A stretch of 64,000 bases of DNA from Selaginella moellendorffii (taxonomy: Eukaryota; Plantae; Lycopodiophyta), in contig NW_003314336.1 in assembly GCF_000143415.4 (NCBI RefSeq), positions 844,853 through 908,852 of the forward strand, given 5' to 3'. Position 1 is the first letter of the stretch. Each line of letters starts with the position of its first letter. Of this stretch, positions 15,154 through 27,277 are shown piece by piece. The position numbers and the translations under genes are program-made. The notes under the pieces were generated by a model. It saw only the letters and a program-made list of their open reading frames with translations. It was not told the DNA's origin and did not search any database.

Positions 15154-16890
15154 ATGGGAGGAGGTGTGGCCATGGCCGCCGTCTTCAATGTGGTCCAGGT
15201 GGAGCGAGTGCCCGGCCCCTGGGACGTCTCCTCCTCTTCCTCCTCCTCCTCAGGCTCCTCCTCGCGCACGACTGTGCGCTTGGGACTCCCCAGCAAGGGA
15301 CGAATGGCCGAAGGGACCCTCAATCTCCTCAAAGTCTCTCAAGTTTTCTTCTAAGTTTCTTGGCTCTAATGTGGCTTGTGTTCTTCCGTGTGTCTAGGAA
15401 TGCCACCTCTCCGTGTGTAAGCCCAATCCTCGCCAGTACGTGGCCGACATCACCGAGGTATGTACGATCCTGTGATTTTGCAAATCTCACTCGTGCGTGC
15501 GGTCGTTCGTGATCCAGCTCCAAAATCTGGAAGTGTGGTTCCAGAGGGAATCGGATGTGGTGAGGAAGATGCTGGCCGGCGACATTGATCTGGGAATCGT
15601 GGGCTACGACGTGGTTGCGGAGCACGGCCAGGTGAGTGTCGCTCGCTCGTTCGCTCGCTCGCAAGTCTTTAGCGCCTTTCTCTTTCTCTGGCCAGGACAA
15701 CGAGGACTTGGTTGTCGTCCACGACCAGCTTGGGTTCGGCGAGTGCCATCTCGGCCTCGGCGTAAGTTCCTGGTTGTTTTTTCCATCCATCAAGTGGCTG
15801 ATTATCTTGCTGTGCTGTGTAGATTCCCAAGTATGGCATCTTTGAGAACGTTTCCTCCGTCTCAGACTTGGCTGCCATGCCGCAGTGGACGTCAAGCCGT
15901 CCGTTGCGAATAGTGACTGGCTTCACTTACGTAAGACGATGAGTTTCTCGCTGAATAGCAAAGAAGAAATTCCCTTTTTGCAGCTCGCTAGTCGCTTATT
16001 GAAAGCCAAGGGACTGGAGCACATCCAGCTCTCCACTGCGGATGGCGCATTAGAAGCGGCACCGGCTGTAAGAAGATTTCGGAGCACGTCCACCAGTTGA
16101 AGCTTTGCGCGCTTCCTTCTAACACAAAAACCGTCGTTTGTCTCGTCAGATGGGAACGGCTGATGCGATCCTGGACCTTGTCAGCAGCGGGACGACGCTG
16201 CGAGAGAACAACCTCAAGGAAATCGAGGGTGGAACGCTCATCAAAAGCCAGGTTCCATGTTTGCTTTCAAACCAGTCTCGTCTCCACGCTCGAGTTTTGT
16301 CCAGGGCGTGCTGGTTGCGAGCAAGCGAGCGTTGCTCAAGCGCAAGGGTGCCCTGGACGTGACGCGGGAGATGCTGGAGCGCTTGGAAGCTCACCTGCGA
16401 GCCAAGAGTCAGTTCCTGGTAACTCTTTCGCTTTGAATCGCATTTCATGTCTTGGGTTTCCTTATGACGAACGACGTAGCTGACTGGAAACATGCGTGGG
16501 GAGTCGCAAGAGCATGTTGCCGAGCTTGTCCTTCGGCACACACGCCTCTCGGGCCTCCAGGTAAAAGAGTAAAAACACTTTTTTTCGCATGATTTCCTTT
16601 CACTTTTCTTTCAGGGGCCTACGATCAGTCCGGTGTATAGCCTTCCAGATGCTGGTGATGGTGTCAAGGTGCAGTACTACGCGGTGGCAATCTGTGTGCA
16701 CAAGAGGCAACTCTACGATGCGGTGAACGAGCTGAGAAAGGTAAAAGCTCAAAGCATACAGAACCAGTGTCTCTGAGCTTTCTTGGTGTTGCAGATCTGC
16801 GGCAGCGGCGTCCTTGTTTCGCCCCTCACGTACATCTTCGACGAGGAGCCTCCCAGATGGCGGCAGCTGCTCGCCACCCTGCAAGAGTGA
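15154..16890 (+). CDS. HISN1: ATP phosphoribosyltransferase (histidine biosynthesis); multi-exon
   Basis: [83 protein letters not shown]; stop at 16888-16890. The start is 15154 or 15172. Confidence 0.93.
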
Positions 16891-17027
16891 CTCGAGAACA
16901 AGACATTATTTGTGCGCAATAAACGGTTGCGGGAAATAGATCCAAGGAATATGCGGCGCGGCCTTGTCATGGCATATTCCGTGTTCTTGTACGCTGGGAT
17001 TCGCAGGGACAGGCGTGCGTGGCTGCC

Positions 17028-18845
17028 ATGGACGACCGAGACGAGGAGCGAGGCATCACTTACGACGGGGACGAGTTCTTTGATCTGGACGGCTCCGGCA
17101 GCGATGACGACGGGCGAATTGTGATGCCCACAAGCGGGCAGGCCACCTTGACGCTGGGACGCGACAGGGTGCTGCACATATCCATCCCCAGGAAGCGGAG
17201 GCGGCCGCTGGAGATTGTCTTGGAAAGAGGATCGGGGTCACGCGATCAAACAATACCCGCGGCTGCGGAGATTGGTGTGGATCGACGAGATCACACGGTA
17301 CCCGAGCCTGAGGAGATTTGGGTGGATCAACAGGAGCACGAGTCTTCTTCTGATTCTTCCGACAGTGACCCGCGCGGAGTTGACGATGACAAGGTCTGGA
17401 GTTTGCTTCCGCGGCCAGCACCCGCTATACGTTCGGAAGCAAAGATCGATCTTGCGCAGCAGTCCAAAGTCCGCCCCGTGGAGAATGCCGAAGGAGAAGA
17501 AGAGGAGGTTTATGATGCTTTGGAAGCGGAGGAGGTGGCGGCCGAGCCGAGCTCAAAGGTGGTGGGCTTTGCAGCACAAAGCGAGGACGATGACGAAAAC
17601 GTTCAGGAGGTGGCGACTTCTCCAGCAGCAGCCGATGGTGATACTGTAAAGAACGAAAGTTCAAAGCTGGTGAGGTTTGTAGCAGCAGCAACTGAAACAC
17701 TTGTATCGGATGATGATGGGGACGAGGACGAGTTTCAAGAGGCGAGCACAAGAACCTTGAGGTTTGCAGCGATAGAGAAACCCCTTGCAACATCGGCCAA
17801 GAGGGCAGTGAGATTCCACGCACCCGAATTCGACGAATCAGAAGAAGAAGAAGACGAAGAGAAAGAACAAGTGAAGCTGGTGAGGTTCGCCGACGCCGCA
17901 GCCACACCCAAGAAGAAGAAGTCGGTCCGTTTCGCCCGCGGCACCAGTGGCGGCAGCAGTCCCAGCAAGGCCAAGGTCCGGTTCGACGACGACGATGGCC
18001 CCGGCGAGAAGAAGAAGGCGTCGCTCGAGTCGCCAAAGGTGGTGAGGTTCCTGCTGCCCACAATCGACGCGGTGTCCGGCAAGCCGCGCATGCGCATCTT
18101 CCTGCCCGGCGTCCAGCGGGTGCGGCGCAACACCATCAAGCACAGCACCGTCCGAGTGTACCCAGACCCGCCACTGTGGCTGGTGCTCCGGCTCATGGAA
18201 ACGGAGCGCTTCCGCCACTTCTCGGGCCGCGGCCGCGGAAAGGCGTGCCACATTCTGGGCGTTGCCGGGACCATTGTCTCCGCGCTGGCGCTGCTCGTCT
18301 GCATGGTGCTGCTGGCGCTCTACTTTCACCTCCGCCCGCGCATCCCCCACCTCCGCATCGACGACTTCGACGTGTCCGTCATGTACGAGCTGCTGGACGA
18401 GGACACGCTGTTGATGCAGCAGGTGGAGGACCGCGGGAACTACTACTTCTACAAGGGCATCGTCTACGGCATGTTCATGGTGAGCTACCGCAACCTCAAC
18501 AGCGCCGTCGACTTCTACAACTATTACGTGGAGAGCTCCGTCTTCTACCAGGGCCATTTCATGGGCAAGTCGCTCGTCCACAACTTCATGGTGCCGCGCA
18601 AGTCGACCATGCCGCTCCAGTTTGTGATCTACAACGAGCTGCTGGTGCCGCTGCAGGTGGGCTACACCATGCTCAAGCAGATTGCGACGCTGCGGGTGGA
18701 CTACGTGTGCGAGTTTATCATCAAGGCGCGGATGTCGACGCTAGGCAGCATCATCACGTCGCGCTTCTTCTGGCACCGGGTCCGCTGCTCCATCGAGATG
18801 ACCGACGAGAAGATCGACCGGCTGTGCAGGGACTACAACTACTGA
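17028..18845 (+). CDS. Intronless LEA_2/NHL-like single-pass membrane protein with a long acidic disordered N-terminus
   Basis: TM helix (ILGVAGTIVSALALLVCMVLLALYF), then LRPRIPHLRI, YRNLNSAVDFY, VFYQG...G...F, and a terminal VRC: the LEA_2/NDR1-HIN1 pattern. First ATG at 17028. Confidence 0.75.
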   Translation: MDDRDEERGITYDGDEFFDLDGSGSDDDGRIVMPTSGQATLTLGRDRVLHISIPRKRRRPLEIVLERGSGSRDQTIPAAAEIGVDRRDHTVPEPEEIWVDQQEHESSSDSSDSDPRGVDDDKVWSLLPRPAPAIRSEAKIDLAQQSKVRPVENAEGEEEEVYDALEAEEVAAEPSSKVVGFAAQSEDDDENVQEVATSPAAADGDTVKNESSKLVRFVAAATETLVSDDDGDEDEFQEASTRTLRFAAIEKPLATSAKRAVRFHAPEFDESEEEEDEEKEQVKLVRFADAAATPKKKKSVRFARGTSGGSSPSKAKVRFDDDDGPGEKKKASLESPKVVRFLLPTIDAVSGKPRMRIFLPGVQRVRRNTIKHSTVRVYPDPPLWLVLRLMETERFRHFSGRGRGKACHILGVAGTIVSALALLVCMVLLALYFHLRPRIPHLRIDDFDVSVMYELLDEDTLLMQQVEDRGNYYFYKGIVYGMFMVSYRNLNSAVDFYNYYVESSVFYQGHFMGKSLVHNFMVPRKSTMPLQFVIYNELLVPLQVGYTMLKQIATLRVDYVCEFIIKARMSTLGSIITSRFFWHRVRCSIEMTDEKIDRLCRDYNY

Positions 18846-18940
18846 TGATGGAACCCGGTTGCGCTGGCGGTTGAACTTGTAGCTAGCCTACGTGGCATTT
18901 CCCATTCTTATAACCCGAGCTTCAGCTTCTCCGAAAACGT

Positions 18941-19897
18941 ATGGAGAAGACCACCACCACTCGGAGTGCCGCCGTCCTCATTGTCGATGGCCAGGACGAG
19001 AAAGCGGACAGCGCCTCCAAACTGGAGGAGCGTCGCGGTGCCATCAAAACAACAGCACCCCCGCCTCCAGCCCTGAAGAAGAAAGCAGCCTCGAGCTCGA
19101 AAGCGGTGGCAGTCCCCGCCACCCCTGCTAGTACTACCGGAGACAAGTCGGTAAGATTCGTTCTCACCGGCAAGGACGGCTCCACTCGAGTGATCCGGTT
19201 CCCGGGGGGCGTCCTCCGCAGCGTCAAGATCGGCAAGATCCCCGTGTATCCGCTGCCGGTGGTCCTGGGCCTCATGGAAACGCAGCGCTTCGCACACCTG
19301 ACCAGCGCCACCCGCCGCCGCGCCTGGAGCGCGCTCTCCTCGGCCCTTCTCGCCGTCTCGGCCCTGCTGCTCGCTGTCGCGCTCGCCATGCTGCTCGTCT
19401 ACCTCCACCTCCGCCCCCGGATCCCCCACCTCATGATCAAGGACTACAACATGGGCCTGGACGTGATCGCCATTGACTTGCATCGCAGCGGCCTCTACTT
19501 CTCGTACGAGCTTGACTTTGATGCCGAGTTCTTCATTGACTACCACAACGTCAACGCCCGCGTGGACATCCACAACGAGTACGTGGAGTCGACCGTCTTC
19601 TACCGCGGCACCCCCGTCGGCAAGGCGATCGTGCGCCAGTTTGTGGTGCCCCGGGCCACCCGGCTGGACATCCTGGTCCACGTGGAGCTCACCACCACGC
19701 CCCTGGAGCTCAACGTCGGCTACACGCTCATCCGGGACATCGAGAACTTTGAGATGGTCTGCGAGCTCGTTGTCAAGGCCAGGATGACAACCGTCGGGAG
19801 GCTCAAGTCACCTCTCGTCTGGCTCCGTGTTCGCTGCTTCATCCTACTGCTCCACTATCAAATTATGAGCCAAAACTGCCGAAACTTCAACTTCTGA
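18941..19897 (+). CDS. Tandem paralog: intronless LEA_2/NHL-like membrane protein
   Basis: Shares VRF..FPGG, VYP..V.LMET.RF.H, the TM helix, HLRPRIPHL, YVES.VFY.G, VGYT and KARM.T.G with the upstream gene; starts 95 bp after its stop. Confidence 0.78.
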   Translation: MEKTTTTRSAAVLIVDGQDEKADSASKLEERRGAIKTTAPPPPALKKKAASSSKAVAVPATPASTTGDKSVRFVLTGKDGSTRVIRFPGGVLRSVKIGKIPVYPLPVVLGLMETQRFAHLTSATRRRAWSALSSALLAVSALLLAVALAMLLVYLHLRPRIPHLMIKDYNMGLDVIAIDLHRSGLYFSYELDFDAEFFIDYHNVNARVDIHNEYVESTVFYRGTPVGKAIVRQFVVPRATRLDILVHVELTTTPLELNVGYTLIRDIENFEMVCELVVKARMTTVGRLKSPLVWLRVRCFILLLHYQIMSQNCRNFNF

Positions 19898-19954
19898 GAC
19901 CGAATGCTACGCGTACTTACCGTGGATAGACAGAGAAAAAAATGTACCAGAGGC

Positions 19955-22900
19955 TCAGAAAATGTCGTCCCACTTTGTGTTCGAAGGGTCCACCGGCAAG
20001 TCGTCCATGGGATCGCTTGGTTCGTCGGGTATGCACAGGCTGGTGTAATTATCTAGTTTTGCTGGAATCATCTGCAGAAGGGAAATGTAGAGTGAGTTGC
20101 ATGAGTTCAGTAAACCTTACAGGAGGCTCTTCTTTTTGCCGGAGCAGCAGCTGAAAATTAACTGACTTGGCGAAGAAGGGGTGCTCCTTGATGTCGGCAG
20201 CTCCTCGCTTTCGACAGCCGAGCCGCGTCTCAGGATTCGGGTCCAGCAGTTTCCGTACAATATCAGCAGCATCTGAGCTAACATAGGGTGGAAACTTGAC
20301 ACGTCCGTCTATGATCCTTTGAAACACTAACTGGACGAAACACCGTGCAAAGTCAGGACGTAAACCAGAAAATACTTGATTACCTGCGGAGGATCTTCCC
20401 CGCGATTAAAAGCGCTTGTATTCGTTATCAACTCAAAGATGAGGCAGCCTAGAGCCCAATAATCGACAGCCTTTCCATGTCCCTGTCTTCGAATTATCTC
20501 CGGTGCCATATAATCTGGAGTCCCACACATGGAGTAGGTTCGTCGATTGTAGATACGCTTGGCAAAACCCATGTCAATAAGCTTTGGATAGCCGTTGTCT
20601 CCTATCAGAGTGTTTTCGGGCTTCAAATCACGGTAAACAATTCCTTTTCCGTGCATGTATTCCAGCCTGTGCTTGACAAGTCAACACGATTGTAAACAAA
20701 GACATACTCTACTTACGCCAAAAGAACAGCACCGGCATAAAATGATGCCTCAGCCTCCCTCAAAGGCCCAACTTTCTCCATATGAAAGAATAACTCGCCT
20801 CCCGTGGTCAGCTCTTGAAGCAAGTAAATCTGCATGATACTCAGAAATTTCAGCTCCAAGAAATAAGTTCAACTGTGACTTACATTCTTGTCATCCTTGT
20901 AGGTTCGAATAAGCTTGGTGATAAACGGATGGTCCATTTCAGTCATAAATAGTTTCTCATTTCTGAGATGTTCTTCCTCCTGGAGTCTTATGACCTGGAT
21001 CCAAACATGCTTGAATGATAAAATATCGAACTGGCTAACAGCACGTAAAAGGGCTCAGATATTGACGTATTAGAACCTTTGCCTTGCTGACACACTTCAA
21101 AGCATAATACTCGCGTGTCCGTCGGCAAAACACCAGCTTCACTTTGCCGAAGAGCCCTGCATACACACAACGAGCTTGCGTCAGGAGATAATAAAGCTCA
21201 ATTACAAGCTGTGACCTGTTCCGATAATTCCAAGTTCTTCCAAATCCTCATATCCAATTGTTTTAACAATCCCCTTTAATTCATTTTCCTTTTTACGATT
21301 TTCAATGAGCTCCCGGAGCGGTCCAAAGTTTGCCTCCAGCACTCCCTTGTCCAGGTAGAAAAGCTCTGCTCCTCCTGTAGATATCGTGCCTTTTAAGAAA
21401 ATGCCCGCTACGGACACAAGGATAGCAAACCTGGTCTGTTGGCATCCATTGTTCCCGCAACCATGGTGGAAGGCCTTGGCTCGTCATCCAAAAGAGCATT
21501 CTCTCCAAAATATGATCCCTTAGATAGAAGAATCTGGTCCCCCTTCTGTTTGCTCCCATCGGGTGTGGGAGTATGTACTGTTTCGATCACTGTTCCCTTG
21601 CTCACGATGTATAAACGATCACCGGGGTCTCCAGCTCGATACAACATTTCACCAGAATGTAGCTTTCTCACGCCCATGGAATGAGATAATAAGTCTATTT
21701 CTGAGCCAAAAAGGTAGTCTAAGCAATGTATTTTCCTGTGACAAAGCACTCGTGTAAGATAGAGTAAATAAAAGCAAGAAAGACTTGGCATTACCCGAGT
21801 ACTTTGGTATTTGTCAACCGGGTGAGTAACTCTTGAATAGGGCCAAGAATTGAAGTCAGCTTCGCAATAGTCACGGATAAACATATTGCCCTGGAAGATT
21901 CCACCACAGATGTTGTTTTGCAAGGTGGCCAGTAGCTTTCATCTTTTGCGCTTGCACGAGTTAAAAGGCATTCATCTCCAAAAACACCATAGGTCGTGAG
22001 AGTCCAAGGAGAGCTACAACTGCACAATCAAAGTAACGAGTTAAAATGAAAAACTGGAACAGCCAACCCACCCAATACTCTGACGAGGACTTCCACCTTT
22101 TCTAACTTTAGTCGATCCACCAAGGCCCTGTGAAAGACTGAGCAAGTCCTGGGTAGTCAGTGCACCCGCGACAACGTTGCTATTTCGTGGAGATTGAGGT
22201 GTACTGCCGGACTTAAGTAGTGAACCAAGCCTGCTACCCCAAAAGCCAATACCAGAGTCCCTTGGTTCCCTCACGTTTTGTCTAGAGGTGTAGGAAATAT
22301 GGCTGCCACGCGGTGTCATCACCATTTCGTCGTCAGCAGACTTGGAAAGACATATAGTCCCGTTCTGAACCACGTAAATTCTAGCTTCAGGCCCCAAAAC
22401 GTCACCACATTTTGTAATCTCTTCGCCTTAAGAAAGCAAAACGTATCAATAAGTGAGCTTTCAGTAGAATTAAAATAGCCTTTCAGTACCTGCGACGTGA
22501 GCGGTATCGTCAAAGTGACGGGCTAGACTGTAAAGTTGTTCAGAACTTAGCTCCAGAAATGAAGGCAATCTCTGTAAACCAAGCGCAACAAGCTGCACTT
22601 GGAGGTCCTTCCTAATATCATTAAGAAGTGCCTCAGTGAATAAACTCCGTTCAATAACAATGACAGATGTCTGGAAATCGAACACGCTTATGTTAGTCGG
22701 TATCCCATATGAGAATGTCGGACAGCTTACATGGTCAGAGGAAGCAATGAAATTCCACGAGATGACCGTCTCGTCGTTGAGAATAAGTGCCTCACCAAGT
22801 ATTTCCAACCGCTTCATAACAGCAACAGTTTCACCACGAGAATTACGAGATGAACCTCCAGCTGCACCCCAACTTATTCTAACCTGTCCTTCCTGGATAA

Positions 22901-24742
22901 TATAAATCTGAGAGATGAAAACCTGGTTACAAATGAATGAAAAAACACATAGTTACCCTATCCATAGACGATCCAGCTCGTAAAATAAACTGGCCGCGAC
23001 GATATGTCTCAACTTCAGCCTGACTGCTAAGCATGACAATGTCTCTCGTCGCGACCTTCTTCAAAACAGGAGCTTCTCGCAGCACCTTTTGAAACAAGAT
23101 TTTAGTACCAATAACGAGCACGAAAAAGTTTCAGTAGTATACCAGCGATTTAAACAGTCATTGCAGAATGGCACCTGTGCGACTGGTGATCCAGCCAAAT
23201 GACGGCTCATGATGGACTTGAACGTTGTACGGTCTACAGCCCACACAAACGCATTTGTTGTGGCTTTGACTGTCGCATTCCGGAGGCTGTCATACATGAG
23301 AGCAAGCTCTCCAAAGAAATCTCCCGGGCTTTTCCTTGTCACAAGCACGGGTGCTTCTCTCCCCTGAAGCTATGCAACATGAACGCGAGGACATGAAGCA
23401 TGGAGCAAATCTGTACCTTCCGGACAAGAACGTCAAATTCCCCAACGTCCTGTAAAGACCGATTGAAAACATACAATGTTAAAGGCCTCAAATTTTAGAA
23501 AAGATTTGTGCATGAGGTAACGGACCTTTCAAGACTTACAATGACATAAAAATTGTCTGCAGGATCCCCTTGCTTGATAATGTTTTGTCCGGATAATACT
23601 CTGATGTCCTCGAAAGCATCCACAATTTCCTCCCTCAAGCTAGGTTCCAGATCACCGAAAAGAAAACTTGCGCTGCATGATCAGCTCATGACCAGTATTT
23701 TGTGTTGTTTGGCATATATATGCACCTTAAAATCTTGCGAAGATGCTCCCTAGTGCCTTCTGACTTCGGAATGATTCTTCTGGTATAGGCTTGCACTTTC
23801 TGAAGTCCTTTATCTCTGCACGGTGACTGAGTGAGAATAAACTAAGTCATATGGTTCATTACCAGATCTACAGTGCTAGTTACCGTATTCGTTCACGCCG
23901 TTGTTTCTGAAGAACACCTTTAACAGCCAATTTCCATGACTCTGACCAATTCCGATCCTGGCTCCTGAAACGAGATACGAGATACAATAACAACACCCAA
24001 TTTAACCAGACCTCTTCGGAAGGAAATCAGCAGAAATGCTTTCTGGCGACGTGTCTCCATCTGCTGCATCCCCCTGCAACTCTGATGCTTTATGAAAACC
24101 ACTGAGGTCGCCTGCCGAGTCTTCCTGTTCAGGATCCTGTTGCTTAGTTTGCAGGTGTGTAAGAAGGCCCGCAAATAGTTCCACAACTTGTTGCATGTCC
24201 CATGAATCGACAGCAAGATTCAGAGGTTTTAATGCCAAGCTCATATTTTCTCGAAAGGCCGATGCATCAAACTCCTGGAGCTGGAGAAAAGTCTCTGGTG
24301 TGCATTAGCAAAAAATGTGCCACAATGCAAGCGCGCTTACCTTTGGTTGAAGAGTTTCCCACTTGGCGCACATACTAAGTGCTTGCTTGAAGACAGAGAA
24401 GTGCTGCGAGTTTAGTCTCGCAAACAAGCGCTCGGCATCTCTTGAAGCATTCACAAAGTCCTCGTCAGAGGCAATTCTTGTGAGTCCCTGTGGCAAAAAG
24501 ATTTCTATCCAATGCGATGCGAGGAAGTTTTGATGGATTACCCGCAGCGTATGCCGAAAGGTTTCAAGATTTGCATCCTCCAGAGCTGCAAGCGCAGCCT
24601 CCGTGTAGGAAACAAGCCCTAGAACGGAGGAAAGCATCGACAGTGAGAAGAATGGGAAGAAATCACGATGCGCATCACCTATAGAGCCAGAATCAGAAGA
24701 AGAGACTTCATTCCCTTCCCTCTCGTCCTCCGCCGAGCTCAT
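19955..24742 (-). CDS. Cyclic-nucleotide-dependent (PKG-like) AGC kinase: unknown N-terminal domain, ~4 CNB domains, kinase domain; many exons
   Basis: CNB-A: IIKQGDPADNFYVI...FFGELALMYDSLRNATV. CNB-B and CNB-C are degenerate (ILGEALIL; VFGDECLL). CNB-D: YRAGDPGDRLYIV...YFGENALLDDEPRPST. Kinase: YALK, HPFITKL, GGELF, YRDLKPEN, LIDMGFAK, CGTPDYMAPEII, DYWALG, TRLG, ending TKWDDIF* (19955-19957). Confidence 0.85.
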
Positions 24743-24997
24743 CGTTTCACACTCGAAATGCCCGCACAGATCTTACATTAGGGATTTTATTGGAACACGG
24801 AGATATTCCGGTTCAAATTGCACCGTCGGATCTGACCCAATCTCCACCGTCCAAAATGGTCGAGTAGAAAGAAACGGTTATACCCGGACGGAAAATGCCG
24901 CGTATAATTCCAAGATTATGCGCTCCTGGTACCCTAGCTGTTCTTTCTTGCCGCGGTTTGTTTGGACCTCCCCAGGAGCTCTCTTCTCTGCGCTGCA

Positions 24998-25913
<916 letters not shown>

Positions 25914-27243
25914 AAGAACATGTAGTCGCTCTAGTGCAAAACAAGCATTCGATTATAGCCACCTAGAAATCTTGTATAAGCACTGACTTGACAAATTCAA
26001 TCGAGCAAGGAACCTATCAGAATCTCCTATACCGTTGAAAGCTTTCATTGTGATTGCAGAAAAGCATTTCTGCTCGCGGTCCTACAACGCCTGCAACGAA
26101 CTGTTTGACATACTTTACCAACACTAGAGTTTGTTTCCGTTCTAGTTATGGATAGCCATACAATTTATTTCTTCGCAATCGTGGGCGAGGCATTGTAAAC
26201 GAGGTCCTGGGCACTCTCTTCATGCAAGGGATACGGAGTGGGTGGGAGCAAGCGGACAACCGTTGCTAGAGCTTATGATCGCATTCGACCAGAAGCTCCA
26301 ACAGTTTCAAATTCTGGTATGCAGCATATGATACCAGTGAAACATGACCCCGGTTAAAATATTTCTCGTGCAGGAGCCTATATACTCACTCTCATGGTCA
26401 GTGTGGTGTTTTCTGAGCTTATTATGGCCGGGCAGCTTTGACCCTGGCAAGTTGTGACTGGTAAATCTGGTCACTTTCCAGAAACCAGGAGCATGTACCT
26501 CGAAAACCTCTTGTGCATAGCCTGAGCACTCTTTCGTGTAAGCGAGCAATGAGTGAGTGAGAAGAAGCTGCTAGCAAGGCTGTATTAATACTGAAGCTCT
26601 GTTTAATCTTTATGCATAATTCCAGGGTGAGAAGCTGAATGGCATCTTTCACAGGGTCTTTACCGAGTCTTCATGACAGCCAGCACTAGGTCCATTCCAA
26701 AAGCCCCTCCCAAATTTTCAAAAATCTGCCACTCTGGGAAACAAAACTGAATGTCATTGGCTTCAACTCCCATCTTTGCTGCCTGGGAGATATTGAGCAG
26801 CCACCCCCGACCCTCGATTCAGCAAGTCTTCAGCTTTTCAAGAGAAGAATGTCCATTGTTCACTTATGAATAGTATAAAGTCTTTCATGATTATGCTCAA
26901 GCTCTTGGTTTGATTGATTTAAATTGCTCTCAATAAATTATTGTGCGTTTCAAACAACAAAATTTGATTTCCTTATTAGTTAGGAAGTTTTTTTTTCTTT
27001 TGTTCTCATTTTGACAAGATTGTTTCAGCCTACATAATGTAAGTTTCAGTTTTAGAGTGTGCTTTAAAGTGTGGTTCTGCCTAATCTTTTCATTCACTTA
27101 CATCATATTTAAAATGATAAAACTGTTTTGGTGCTATTAGAATCATTAAATTAGATGTAGTCCATAATTCCATTTTTGCAATACCAACTTAATATGCATA
27201 ACATTGCTCTCATCAGCAACAGATTAGGCTCCATTTCATCTGG

Positions 27244-27277
27244 AAATTCCAAATTCCATAAATTCCATAAATTCCAT
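27244..27277. repeat. Short tandem repeat (AAATTCCAT)3 plus a partial unit
   Basis: Seen directly. Confidence 0.85.

Noticed and set aside
17425-19681. Long antisense ORFs over the LEA_2 genes (similarly 57279-58175 and 59955-60878)
   Set aside because: These are shadow ORFs expected opposite GC-rich intronless coding sequence.
26000-26870. Coding-like moderate-GC segment after centrin (short minus-strand ORFs 26307-26652)
   Set aside because: Multiple stops in all frames and no recognisable domain; it may be a pseudogene or TE relic but cannot be supported.
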